Origin: Catajapyx aquilonaris
Lineage: Eukaryota
Direction: 5' to 3'
DNA length: 64,000 bases
NCBI GenBank assembly: GCA_000934665.2
Contig: KZ537998.1
Span: 1-64,000 of the forward strand
Shown here: positions 1-12,578 of the stretch, one piece after another
Layout: each line of letters opens with the position of its first letter
How positions within the stretch are numbered: the first letter of the stretch is position 1
Notes under the pieces: model-generated
Databases searched by the model: none
Told to the model about the DNA's origin: nothing
The model's input: the letters and a program-made list of their open reading frames with translations, nothing else
Program-made: the position numbers and the translations under genes

Positions 1-44
1 TTTCAGCTGGATCGGAGATAGGTGGTGAGATGCGTGAAGTTGGC

Positions 45-413
45 TCACCACTTTTTGAAACTAAATATCTCTGAAACTAAGAGGGTCCAATGAACGGAGC
101 AAAAATGCCCAAAGAGGCCATTGAGAGAACTACATAGTCCACTGATTTCAATTCGATCCGAGATAGTTGGTGAGCCAACTTCACACACGTCGTCCAGCAG
201 CCTTCCCACCATCCTCTCCATGCTCCCAATCCTCCTCTCCATGCCCCCAATCCTCCTCTCCATATCTTCCCTCCTCCTCTCTTCATTCTCCATGTACCTC
301 AACGTAGCCTCTAGGTACCTCCTGTTTCCAAGCATCACATCAACCATAGTTTTCATCCACACGTTCATTTCGCGTCCTCCTTGGTCACGATCGACGTCAC
401 GATTTGCTTCCAT
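45..413 (-). CDS. Possible exon/ORF encoding a heptad-repeat coiled coil (MERRIGG MERRIGS MERMVGR); product unknown
   Basis: 122-aa ORF; AG acceptor immediately before the ATG; 21-nt tandem repeats ~209-280 preserve frame; 3' part looks rearranged. Confidence 0.35.
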   Translation of the reverse strand: MEANRDVDRDQGGREMNVWMKTMVDVMLGNRRYLEATLRYMENEERRREDMERRIGGMERRIGSMERMVGRLLDDVCEVGSPTISDRIEISGLCSSLNGLFGHFCSVHWTLLVSEIFSFKKW

Positions 414-929
414 CTAACAGCGGATCAAGTAACACTAAATAGCGACTGCAGTGCAATACACAGGGTTTGGTGAAGGTGTGCACACGCTGACACTCAAAGG
501 GAGAAAATAGGCGACACGAGGACGAAGTCTACAGAAGGAAAAGGGCCATCTTGGATGCGGAGGGACCTTCCTGACGCTCACCACAGATGGCGTGATGATC
601 ATTTATGCACGAGAAGGGCCGCGACTTATCCATATTACGGGGCGTGTCTACCTTTTTGGCTACTTTTCCCCGGCGATTTGAAAAGAGGCTCTGTGTTGGT
701 AAATATGCATACAGGAATAAGACGAGTCTTATTACTTCCCGTATTAAATGGCCAAGTGCACCTATCGGTCGAGAATAAGGCATGTTGCTATTCAAAATTG
801 ACTTGTAGCCTATCTTCATCATAATAATATCTCATAATAATTTCATAATAATTTCCGGCCCCAGAGGCCCAGACGCGATGAAGGATTAGACACTTTTGTG
901 CAATGTGCAGAGACAGTGACTATAGGGCC

Positions 930-1463
930 CAGGGATATTCAACTGGCGGACCGCGGTCCGGATCCGGACCGCGACGCAATTTTGTCCGGACCGCGATAAT
1001 ATACATAACAGGACAGTTTGAAATAGCATGTTACTAATTCATGATTTTTTTGGAAAAAGTGCTACCAATATCATCAAATTCACACAGATTCAAATCTCCC
1101 CATCTCATCTAAGCTCCTCACCTCACCCTCCAAAAATTTCGCCTGCGGCGGGCTCGTTCCCCGCCCTTTACGGCTTGTTCACCTTTTGCTTACGAAATGG
1201 CCCCCCTTCCGAAATTCTTCTGCCTACGCGCCTGTACAGGACATCATAAAGGCCGAAATATATTGTCTTAATATGCCCTGTCTTGATAGGCCCTCCTACC
1301 CTTGCTGCACATGTTTATATTTTCGAATATGAACCCTGTGGTACCATATAAAATCTATATATTTTTATTCGGGGGGGGGGGGGGCCCCGGACCTNGTCCG
1401 GACCTTCAATGGCCCAGGAAAGGTAAATACTGGACCTTGTCAGAAACTAGTTGAATACCCCTG
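930..1463. mobile_element. hAT-like MITE with a nested second hAT-like end at ~1100-1234
   Basis: TIRs CAGGGATATTCAACT / AGTTGAATACCCCTG; subterminal GGACCGCGGTCCGGATCCGGACC palindromes; TATAGGGC close to both flanks (921-928, 1466-1473). Confidence 0.75.
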
Positions 1464-1790
1464 CGTATAGGGCATTTTTTGCGATAGAGAAGACATGAAG
1501 CGACGAATACCGCGTTATGTCCGGTTATGTACATCAATCGGATGATCAACATCTATACTAAGCAATGCCAACTTTGCCTTTGGTATGTGGGACACGCACG
1601 GTTTTTGGGCCGGGCCGCCCTATGCCTATGAGCATTGACATTGTCATTCATTAATCTGTCACTTCTCACGTGTGTGTGGGATGCAACTGAACTACCTGAC
1701 CAGCTCACGACAGCGACTCAAGATTCTGTGTAAGTTCAGTCAGCTCAGTGGTCTTGCCCACATGCAGGATGCATGCAGTGCAGTGTACCA

Positions 1791-1828
1791 CCGTCTTTAG
1801 CTAAGTTGGTAGAGAGGTGGATTGTAGG
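1791..1828 (+). pseudogene. tRNA-Tyr(GTA)-like 5' half fragment
   Basis: CCGTCTTTAGCTAAGTTGGTAGAGAGGTGGATTGTAGG resembles the eukaryotic tRNA-Tyr 5' exon (about 32/38 against the recalled sequence); no T-arm/B box follows. Confidence 0.45.
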
Positions 1829-4112
1829 TGGATCAAAAGTGTACCGTCTTTCCTGGTTAAGCATGTATTTCTTCAAGAGTATGTCGGAGCTATGCTTAGA
1901 TATCAGAGTTTCTCATCCATATAGGAAAAGCAGTGGATCATACAAGTATAGTCGTCCTACGTGAATGTAGATCCGGTGTAAGGTGGACGACAGCTGTGCT
2001 GCCCTGACGTTGTCTATAGACCACATAAAGGTCCCTAATAAGAGGCAACCTGTTAATTTTTGGAAATCTGAACAAGTCTTACCTAGGGGTGCCCAACCTA
2101 TGGCTCACGAAAGGGAAGTTTTAAAAAATTAAATTCGTACATAAAACAATCAAAATAAAATTCAAAATAAAACAAGAGTGGATGACAGCAAAAGGCAAGC
2201 CAGAACCAAGAGTTAGATATCCGAGGTAGTTTACTGACTTTCCCTTCCTCACAGACATTTTAAAACCATTAAACGAATTTCGAATTTGAAACTTTGATCA
2301 AAAGATCAATTACCGGTACTGTAGTTCATGTCCTGTTCAATCAAAGCAAAGGATTTCGCGTGAAATTATAAACTCTTGAAGTGCCCATTTAAAAACAAAT
2401 ATAAAATCTCATTTTCAAATTTTGTTGAAACTTCAGCCTACTACTGTATATAATTATATACAGTGTACGGTACTCTCCTTACATGTGGCTGCGATAATTA
2501 TCTCACATTCAGGCAGAGTTTCAAATGAGATTTCAAGATTTCCGCGCTCAAAAGAGCATCCTGAATGTGATAGATAATGGGGAAGTAGCCTTGGTCTGGG
2601 ATTTGGGATTTTTGTTCATAACTAGCTAGCCCATGCCTGTAAACATACATTCCATCACTTTGTTGCATCAAAATGACATTACTGGATAAATTACGGCACA
2701 TTTAAAAGTGCCTTCAAAATTGCCGGGAAAAATGCCCCGGCCGGGTGGTGCCAATCGAAAGGGTACACTGAAATGCCTGGTTGACTGCGAGATATGAGGA
2801 ATTTGACTTTGAATTAACCGCGGACACGACGGAAAGCATTCGCAAGGCGGCTGTAGGCCATCAAGGTGGAGAAGGGGGGCCTTCATGTGCCGAATTCGGG
2901 TGACAGATAATTCCGACCTGGTGGCATCACTGCCATGTACAAAGCGGCTTGAGCGACCTGGAATAAATACGCGCCCCGGCCGCTATCTTGCTCACGGAAT
3001 GGGACGGTTGCTAACAACAGCGAAGCATTTTACAACAATGACGGGGCGCGTTCTATAACACCCTTTTTGCATTCATTTCACTTCGCGTGACGTCAACATT
3101 TTCTAGGGAAACAGTGACGTCACCATTTCCCTACATAAAAACCCCAATTACTCCGGAACTGAAACTGATGTCTTAAAACGGAATATGCCAAAAAAATCCA
3201 AAAATATGGGCGAATTTATTATGTAGTTTCCAAAATGAAGGCTACTTCCCCATTATAACCCCTTCTCTGGGAATGTGATTGAGACTCAGAGGACGCTGAG
3301 GACCTCCAAATGGAAATCATTGACCTTCAATGCATTCGTCATTGCTATAAAACCAGCAATCAATCGATCAAAGCTCCGCAAAAGAAAGAAAAGGGGGGAA
3401 AATGGAACTCTGACCTGACATATTTTCATGAAATGCCTCTCCAACATTTTTACCAAAAAATAATTACTTATCATTTATAATTATAATTATAATTATAGAG
3501 TAGAAGAGGGAAACTTGAACTTAATGTATCCGGCAAGATAAGCATCTTGAGTTCTTTGGAGAAGCACTGATAAAAAATTATGCGTCCATTTTCATGTAGG
3601 GCCTACGTGAATGCCATCGGTATGTTTCAAGTGTCCGGGTCCTTTCAGTTATCACACATTTCGCACGAAGTTGTTATTTTTGTGTAGCTATGTTTGCGCC
3701 CCGATTGAGGTGCCCAATTATTCCCAGGTGTGGTGTGGTGTGGGCACCTCTATCAGGGCGAAAAAGCTACACCAAAATAACGTCTTCGGATTAAAGCAAT
3801 AACTAAAAGGACCCGAATAATTGCACACAGTTTGTTCTATTTCTATTTTTCGCAAGTGTAAGAAATTGGCTTGAATATTTTTGAAAGCTTTTTGTCAATG
3901 ATATTATGGTTCTAATATATTGTCAACAGTAACATATTAAAGAATGTACATGATTGTGCTATTTTGGATCTTCCATTTAGGGCCGGTTGTATCAATGCAA
4001 ATTGAGGAAGAAATCTCCGGTTGTGTCTAATTATGCGTTAATATACTCGTAATAATTGGTTACCCCGTGATAGGCCTGTTTGCTTGCTTTATTGCTATCC
4101 ACGCAAATTCTT

Positions 4113-4197
4113 GAGAAATTCCTCTGACTGACCAAGGGATCGAACTCGGGATCTCAGGTGGTGAATGGCAGTGATGATAACCACTACACACCACCCC
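4113..4197 (-). mobile_element. tRNA-derived SINE head fragment
   Basis: Minus strand A-box-like TGTGTAGTGG, B box GAGTTCGATCC, followed by GGAATTTCTC shared with the copy at ~32103-32193. Confidence 0.55.
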
Positions 4198-4259
4198 TAC
4201 GCATTGTGTATTGTGTGAATACCTGTGATTTTCCCTAATTTGCTTTAATATAACCGGCC

Positions 4260-5609
4260 CACAGTGGGCGCGGAGCCCAGTTTAGGACGACATAAGTAGG
4301 TTTTGCGAATTTTATCAAAACATCCTTTAAGGAACAGTAAATGAAGGACAAGGCTTCCACAATGACACTTGTGATTGGAAATTGGAAAACACTGCCCCTT
4401 TTTTTCTATTTGGAGGCCGACACTTTGCCCCTCTTCCGTTTTGGATTTCGCGATGCGTTTCATGCAGTTATTACAATATTCCCTGGTTGTCATATGCGTG
4501 GGTGAAAATGGCTGAAATTATTTTTCCTACGTGATTTGACGACGCACTTGATATTTAAGCACAAATATCCTCTGGTGAGAATTTAGCTTATGTTATTTTT
4601 GAATAAACACTTGACCCCTCCTTATACGTAAGAAACGTTGCACAAAAAGTAAGATTAAACAACTTGCACCTCTTTGCACCACTCGCTGACAGTATGCAAT
4701 AAATGGTTTAAAGCCTAACGGATGCATGTATAAAAAATTAGCCTCCGATAGCCCCCGCTTGTCGGGTAGTATGTTGAATTAGTGTGACCCTGCGCTAGAC
4801 CAAGGAGGCTCCACCTCCAGGGTAGAGCACTACCACGTGCGCCCACTACTTCGCACCTCGCCTGGCTACCTACCCCCTTGATTGACAGGAACCTTCCACT
4901 GGCTCCTTTCACTAATCCCAGCAAGTCATTTAAATATTCACTTATCTTCATTTTTAACGACAATTTTGAATTCTGCAGTGTCAATTACCTATCATTGCAT
5001 GTAAAAGTTTCTCATCCAGAGCTATTATATTTAAGCGAAATATTACGCAAAAGTAAGAGGGTACAAGTGTTGATAATTATGATTTATTAAATATTGGGAC
5101 AAATTTTGCATGCTCAGTTGGGTTATCGACGACAAGGAATTCAATTTTGCAGTGAAAAGTGCAAAATTAAAAGTTTTGAAAATAGTTAATGAGATTACAG
5201 AGAAGGGTCAGTGCAGAGGCTTATCAGCAATTAGGAAGAATACCCTATCATCGGCTGTATGATTTTATAAAGCTGTTTATTTTGTTGTGTACTATCTCGT
5301 ATTTAATAATTTACATGTACCTGTAAGTCAGTTACAAGGAGAATGTATTGCTTTTTTCTGGATAATATATAATTATGTGCCTTCATGAACGAACATTACA
5401 GTCTTATTCCTGTAATTTTTATCCCGGTCAATTAAAATCGAAACCAAATTACTTCTTACACCAACATTGACCACAATGATTATCCAATGAACATGAAGGT
5501 CACATGGCATGCATAACCTATCCTTTACAATCCTCAAAATTGGAAAATGTGTCCGATTTGATAGCATTTTCATTTATGTCGTCCTAAACTGGGCTCCGCG
5601 CCCACTGTG
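4260..5609. mobile_element. Non-autonomous Transib-superfamily DNA transposon (1350 bp)
   Basis: Perfect 36-bp TIRs CACAGTGGGCGCGGAGCCCAGTTTAGGACGACATAA; exact 5-bp TSD CGGCC (4255-4259, 5610-5614); no transposase ORF inside. Confidence 0.85.
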
Positions 5610-6834
5610 CGGCCATTCGAATTACAAAGTTTACGTAATTGTCTTGTATCATCCAGAAACTATAAGTTATACAGAATTCACTACAACCCAATGTACATTT
5701 GCCGAATATAAGATGTTTCGTAACATATTGTAACGGAATACACGAACATTCAGTGTTCATCTGAGGGTTACATCCTACTTAGATTACATTTGTGCACCAA
5801 CTACATTATTTTGTATTTTCCATTACGGTACCGACGTGGCAAGTTAGTAGAATATTTGAAAGGTATTGAATCAGTGTAAATATTGAAATGTTACCATGGT
5901 CGTAAAGAGTGCTGATGCCTCAAATATGATATCAAAGTGTTGCTTTTACTATGCAAATAAAATCCTTGCAGTTAAGCAATTAAACTCTCAGTTATTGCAG
6001 TGTATGAAGGAGGTAACTAATTTTATGGCACTGAACCAAACATTCACTTGAATTGCATTCAATCGCCCCTGCCATATACAGTATGTTAATTGTTAACTAT
6101 ACACTGTAAAAGTTTACTTCTCAGAAACGAGTGTCAGGGGCCACCAATAACGTTTTGTAATTAGTCCTGAATCAGTCCTGTTTTACTTCGGGCGATTCTA
6201 CGAATTTTGATGCATAATATGCATAAGAATGTGAATGAAAAAGGTGAAAGCCTTAAGATTACAAAAGAGTGACAAACACCGGGGGGGAGGGGGGGGGGGG
6301 AGGTATCGAAACACAACTTTTTGTGCGAAGTTGCAGTTTCTGAACTTTAAAGGGCTACATGAATACATAGGAACCTTCTCAATTTTTTATTCTACTTTTT
6401 AGAGATATGGTGAATGTCACTCAATTATTTTTGAGTCCATATTGTTCACTAAGACTGACATTGATGTGACTTTTCATTATATTGCCCTATTTGCAGCGTT
6501 ATCACACTGTGAAAAAAGTGTTGCGCAATAATTGATTTCTTTGAATAAGTTTTTTGTGAACAATATGTGGCAAATAAATTGGGTGACATGACACCCACCA
6601 CTTTATAAATAAAAATTAAGATGTTCCTCTAGCTTTCCGTGGCCCCCAGAATTAATAGAAAATCACGTAGAAAATTCACATTAGTAAAATCGCTATTCTG
6701 AGATTTTTCTTCCATAATACCGTATAATGCATCCTGTGCACATTACCAAAACTCTTACTGTCCCAAAATATAGGAGTCCGAAGATTCCCACCATTGCACA
6801 GTGTGTCCAAACGCGGAAATGCTTGGACAAAAAT

Positions 6835-7209
6835 GGCTTCCATTCCGCGCGGATTTGTCACGAAGGTCACGATATTCCTCTGATTTTCAAGATGAAAAGT
6901 AGTGAATTTCACAAGAGTTTCCCTTTGAATGACACATCAAACGAATGACTAGACTCCCCTGTTATAGATTCACTCAGTTTTAAGTGCACACAATTGCATC
7001 TTTTGTCGGGGTAGGCGGGTAGCATGACAAATATTGCCTCCTTTTTGGAAAAAATGTGGGATTATGTGGGATTGAAACGAAGTGAGTCGTATAACTCGGG
7101 AGTCTAGTCTTTCGTTTAATGTGCGATTCGAAGTGAAATATTGTGAAATCCGTTACTTTTCGTGTTTGAAATCAAATCATTGACGTGACAAATACGGGTG
7201 ATGGAGGCC
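6835..7209. mobile_element. Foldback MITE, PIF/Harbinger-like ends
   Basis: Imperfect inverted arms of ~140 bp (GGCTTCCAT..ATTTGTCACG..GACTAGACTCCC vs GGGAGTCTAGTC..CGTGACAAAT..ATGGAGGCC). Confidence 0.65.
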
Positions 7210-7514
7210 TCAAGAAAGGACCGCCTGGCACCCAGGGCGGTTTAAGGATCCGCGGGGCCCGTAGCTAGCGGGGCCTCCTTGGCTCCATGTACAGTACTAG
7301 TACATAATTGCATTTTGCAACTCCCTTGGGCAGACAGGAAAAATGACGACTGACTGACAGTAACCTTGGGTATATGCGAATGAAGAAATGGCAATATTGC
7401 ATATTTGCATTTAATATATATTTTTTAAATAATTGTGGGTAATGCTTTCACCCCCAACCGGGGGTATATCGCATGAACCTTTATTTATTTTTGTTCAAGT
7501 TTCTCAACTCAACT

Positions 7515-7704
7515 TCGGTGCAAGGAATCAAGGAAATTGGGTAAGGATAGTAATTTTCGGGGAGGGAACATGGGTGCAAGTGCAATGTCTGAAAATGGGT
7601 CATGTGCTGTTCCCCAGGAGGCTAGGCTGCCAGACACCTCCTTGGTGCAGGTCAGAGACCCTCCTGACGCAGGTGAAAGGAAAGTTCCCCAGGCGGGGAT
7701 CGAA
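7515..7704 (-). mobile_element. 5'-truncated copy of the SINE family also present at 52913-53140
   Basis: Reverse complement is highly similar to 52963-53140, starting at the B box TTCGATCC; A-rich tail ~7480-7495. Confidence 0.8.
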
Positions 7705-8912
7705 TTGGTTGCAAAGTTTCTTCAACACAAAATACCTCTGAGTATCTTCTGTGGTCAAGAACAAGAGTATCAATGCTTGCCATGCTCCGCGGTGCTTGTA
7801 GAGCAGGTCAAATTTAGAAAAATGTCAAGTGATATGATTCATGAGCATCACTGATTGCGTGGATCCTACCAAAATCCACTTCTGATCTCCATATTTGGCT
7901 GAAATCTCAATCAAACATTTCCCGTATTATTTGAAGTGCCATTAAAAATGAACAGTACGGGTCGATAAATGAGTAATAAAAATATCAATATTTTGGGAAC
8001 CATGTTGAATTTAAATTTTGGATTTTCTTATGGATATGAATGACCATCTCATATAAAATGAAAATACCTTTCAAATGCACTCATCAAATTTAAGATTTAA
8101 CCTGATCTTGTGGCCCTCCGAAGTAACAGCATATATGGGGCAAAAATGCTAGAAAATTTGCACATTTGACACCCTGTAGTTTCGAAACCATGCCTCATAC
8201 ATATAAACAAACTCGGTTGTATAAACCCATTTATGGGAGCTACAATATATCCAAATGTGGTCAAAAATCGGAGAAGGTTATGGCAAAAGGTGGCTCCTTT
8301 GATGTCGTGGAATCCCCCGTTGCGCAGGGCAATTTCTGGAAAAAAAATGTCACGTGACAGGACCCATGTGCAGTGTGCACTGATCGCATAGGACCAAACA
8401 AAACTCCATGCAAAGTTTGGTGCTTTTGTCCAACCTGTCTCCTTCATCTTGCTAAGAGCCCCCCACTATGTCAAGACCTTCACCAATATTGATTTAAGCT
8501 GTACCATAGGTCTTACATCAAGCAATTCCAAAATTAATTCTTATAAAGTATCCTTTCTGAAGAGAGTTCAATGAGCCACTCACTCCATGTAAGTGTATTT
8601 CTGACATTAGGAACTTCATTATTAAGTATACCGGAATTGAATTTCTATAGTAGCCTAGTAATGGTATCTATACTATATGATTGGCCACCTGCACGCCATC
8701 ATGTTTGCTGGGTCCCAAGTGTGCCCCATGCCACACAACGAGCCTCAAGCCCATCAAAGCTCCCTGGTTTTGCCAACTGTTGCCCACCACACGTAGTCAC
8801 CTCCCCATCTAGCAAGCATGGAGCCCAAAGGGTAGTGAAGCCACCATGACTATTGCTTTGGAAGTGAGGTCATGGTTAGACTAGATTCAAACTAATAAAT
8901 GCATGAAGTTCA

Positions 8913-8918
8913 TTTATT
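8913..8918 (-). promoter_or_regulatory. Candidate polyadenylation signal (AATAAA) of Miga, implying a ~1.6 kb 3' UTR
   Basis: First minus-strand AATAAA I found downstream of the stop; lies inside the CpG-depleted domain. Confidence 0.35.
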
Positions 8919-10531
8919 TCTAATCATCCTGATTGTAATGAGAAAGTGGTGTGGAAATTCTGTTAAGCATATCAGTTACTCCTGGAATTAAATGCCAGTA
9001 ACAATTATCAGGTCATAAAACTAGAATAACATTTCAGATATAAATAAGCCATTGTGTTAGCTACAATAAAAGTTCACAAAGTCAAATGCAAAAAGGTGTA
9101 AATTAGACTTTATAATTCTACAGCATCTTGCTTTCCAGCCCAACATCATTAACTATGAATCGTCAGGAAAGCATATTGCCATTCCTGATTCCATCACTAG
9201 AGCGCCACAGACACAATCAAAAGGAAGCACTGCATTTGAACCCAAGTGTGTGAATTATAGTCAAGTGTGGAGTTATAAGGTTCCAGGAACACACCCCGCG
9301 GGGTGAGAATTACAAGGTTGTAACTGCAATGAAAATCCTAAGCGTAGTTACAACCTTGTAATTCTCACCCCACAACTGGTTATGCTTTTCTATCAAATTT
9401 TCTACCAGTTTTTCTACCAGATCACAATTTTTGTCCTTGGATGTGTTGCCACAAGTTTTGCAACAAGTTAGAATAGATCTCATATGACCAGCTCCAAGAC
9501 ATAAAGTTGACCCACTTTGACAGCACAGTATTGTTTGTAAATGTACCACCTGAGATGTGAGGGCTTGAAAGGCAATAGGATAATAATATAGTGTCACAAA
9601 ATCTCATGATTTCATTCATGAAGAACTGTGTTTCAGAGACAATGCACACTATGAAGTTCAAAACCATATTTCCTGTTCATTCAAACAACATACAGAATCA
9701 TCATTTCATATCTGAACTATGCATGACATACAATGTTAACCATCCAATGGTGCATTATGAAACCCACAGTATATATGAAGACATTTTCTCTACTCCCAAC
9801 TACACAAGTCACCTAAAAATCCATAAATTGCCCTTTGTTAGGGCCTTCACATGGTATCACGGACCTATTTAAATCTATTACATTCACTAAATTGTCTGGA
9901 CCACTACAGTGGAATATTCGTATCATATGTAGCCTACTGTAGGGACACCCATGTGCATAAATACAAAAGAAGTCCTTGGCATCATTTAGCTAACTAATCC
10001 TCTGTACAGGCACTCATGTGCTAGATACAACAGTAGTTGACAACTGCTTAATTTGCAGGTGGAAAATTCTTCTGGTAAAATTAAGTATAATATTACATGG
10101 GCAAGATAGGAAATTTGTCATGTAAATATTGTCCTACTGTATTTTGAGTTGAAACAGTTAATGGTTAGAATAGACCTTGCTGACATGTTTTGCACTCTTA
10201 ATGGGAACACAAAATGCAGCCGTAATGATGTCCAATGATTCTGATGCACTGTGTAACATGGATGACACTAACTGGGAGATGTCAAATGCATAATCAACCA
10301 CTACATTTCAATCAACAGCTTCTGGATGTACCAGCTAACAGTAGTTAATCACACTTCAAGATTCAATCATGGTAATGTTATCAAACTTATTCTCACAATT
10401 TGTCAAGCAAATAAAATCTACATCGCGACTTCCCGAGCTGAATAAAAGCAATGGAGCCATGCGATTGGGCATCCGTCGCTTCTCTCAATATCAAGAACTA
10501 ACAGGTGCCAAATATTCTACCCTTAGGAATA

Positions 10532-10708
10532 CTACTGCATGGGCAGGAAATCTTGACTACCCAAGATGCTCAGAAGGTCAAGCCTCTCTTCAACTGCCTT
10601 GTATCTCTGCTGTGCTGACTGAAAAATGTCTCTTGACAGTTCATCTACTGTTGTGTAGTGAACTTTTTGAAAACTGAAAATGTCTTCCAGGAAGCCTGTA
10701 ACTTGATC
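10532..10708 (-). CDS. Miga: Mitoguardin terminal coding exon (DQVTGFLEDIFSFQKVHYTTVDELSRDIF...DFLPMQ*)
   Basis: Acceptor tctctttggtAG; 177 nt to TAG at 10532-10534; matches the MIGA C-terminal GFL.DIF.F..V.YT pattern. Confidence 0.93.
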   Translation of the reverse strand, partial: DQVTGFLEDIFSFQKVHYTTVDELSRDIFQSAQQRYKAVEERLDLLSILGSQDFLPMQ

Positions 10709-10820
10709 CTACCAAAGAGAAACCATTAAATTAATATCATGCCATAAATGACAGTCACGAAAAAGAAGAAAAAATTATTATTGCTGACCTATACTCATGC
10801 CACATGGGACAAAGGGGTTA

Positions 10821-11937
10821 AGGGCCGTACACATATTATATCATAACATTTTTTTTACATTAACCCCTCCCCCCTGCCCCCGGGTTTTTGGTTGGTTTAT
10901 TCATCCCAACTTGGACCCCCCTCCCCCTGTCATCATCTTTGGTCCTTGGCAGTCGGTCCGGATTTTTAGGCACGAAAAAACCCCAAAATAGGCACGAAAA
11001 AACCTCAAATATGCACAAAAATTTTACTTCTTCGGGAGTATGGCGGATAATGTTACAGAAAATAAAAAGCTACAATAATTTTATAGGCCTAAAGTATAAA
11101 TATAAGGTCACAAACCATAGCAAAAACCGAATAACAACATTAAACTGACAAAAAATCACGAAACTTGGGCAAAAGACACCAAGTGCAAGCAAATATCACT
11201 TGCTCTGGACTCGATTACTGTTGTTGTTGTTGTATGCGTTTATTTATTCCAGGCTCGGTCTGCGGCTCGTGCCGCTTGGCCGACCCTCTACATTTTTTAA
11301 ATTTTTTTTTGCAAAACATAATGCAAAAATATAATACACTACTACACTAGAATACAGTACAATACTACAACACTACATATCTTTCTGCCCCCTCACTTCA
11401 TCTCTTCCACCACACCTCCCCTGTCTTCCCTCTTCCCCTGGACTCGATTACTGCTTATGGCCAGTTTCCACTTGCACAATATGTTGCCAAAATCTTTTCT
11501 AAATTTTCCTCTGTTAGGAACATTCAGAGGAAGATTTAGAAAAATATTTGGCATACGCGTCACGAAAACATGATTCGTATTACTTCTGAACGATTTTGGA
11601 CCTTTCAGGAGCACAAAAAATATTCAGCAGAAAAACCAAACATGCCTCTGAAAAAATAGGTCCGGAATAGGCCCAAAAAAGGCCAAATAGGCATGAAAAG
11701 TCACTAAAAGCCAGAATAGGCAAAATAGTTCCCCAAACCACAAAATAGGCAATTTTAGGCACTATAAAACCTACATTTTCCCTATCCTGCACTTACGAGT
11801 ATGAAATGGATGGATCTCTTCACAAAACCATCCCAACAGTTAAGGAACTAAATAGGAATTTGCCTACAAATCCGGACTCTAGTCATCAGGTAGCAACACA
11901 CACACCCCCGATGATGACGTAATATGTGTATGGCCCC
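10821..11937. mobile_element. PIF/Harbinger-like MITE in the last Miga intron, host of a nested element
   Basis: TIRs AGGGCCGTACACATATTATATCAT / ATGACGTAATATGTGTATGGCCCC with TTA on both flanks. Confidence 0.7.
10937..11881. mobile_element. Nested hAT-like non-autonomous element
   Basis: Inverted termini GTCCGGATTTTTAGGCA / TGCCTACAAATCCGGACTCTA; repeated AATAGGCA subterminal motifs; flanking GTCATCA(T/G) near-duplication. Confidence 0.6.
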
Positions 11938-12304
11938 TTAGGTCTCTTTCTCTAACCCTACACACCTACACTCATCTAATATGACCAGATGACATATTAT
12001 TGAGCACATGCATAAATGGTATTTAAAATCATTTTTATCATATTTCACCAATATACGAGTACTACATTCCAAATGAAATATCTGTAGTGGGTAGTGACTT
12101 TGTGGCACTAAGCTGCTTATTTCAAGCAATTTTAATAGAATTTATCAAAAGTATTACCTGCTACTATTAGGTTGCTCAAAGGTGTGACCAGAAAAACTAA
12201 TTATTTCTATCACTGATTTTCGGTGACAATAGTTCCAATGGGGCATTCCTAATCAGAAACTCATAATTCAAAGCTTGGATAAATGATTCAATGCAGCCTA
12301 ACTC

Positions 12305-12572
12305 GGGCGGCATGGTGGTCTTGCGGTTACGCCGCTGGCCAGCCAAGCCGGGGTTCAAATCCCGTCCCCGTCACCTCTGCTTGGCCAGGTCTTTTTCCGC
12401 TTTTCTCCCGACATGCTGGGACAGAATTGCACTCCTTTCTCTGCTCGGGGCCAGGAGAATAGGCCTCGTGTTAAAGAATGTCAGACATGGCTATCACACG
12501 GAACGGCGCCCTCCCTTGGGAACTTCCCCTTCCCCCCTAAGAGGGCCACGAGCTATATCACGGGGTAAAAAA
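12305..12572 (+). mobile_element. tRNA-derived SINE in the last Miga intron
   Basis: A-box-like TGGTCTTGCGG, B box GGTTCAAATCC (12352-12362), A-rich end; CpG-rich within CpG-poor surroundings. Confidence 0.65.
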
Positions 12573-12578
12573 TATATA

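Noticed and set aside
1510..1580. Minus-strand peptide AKLALLSIDVDHPIDV resembling a hAT dimerisation motif
   Set aside because: Too short, stops follow immediately, and upstream residues do not fit
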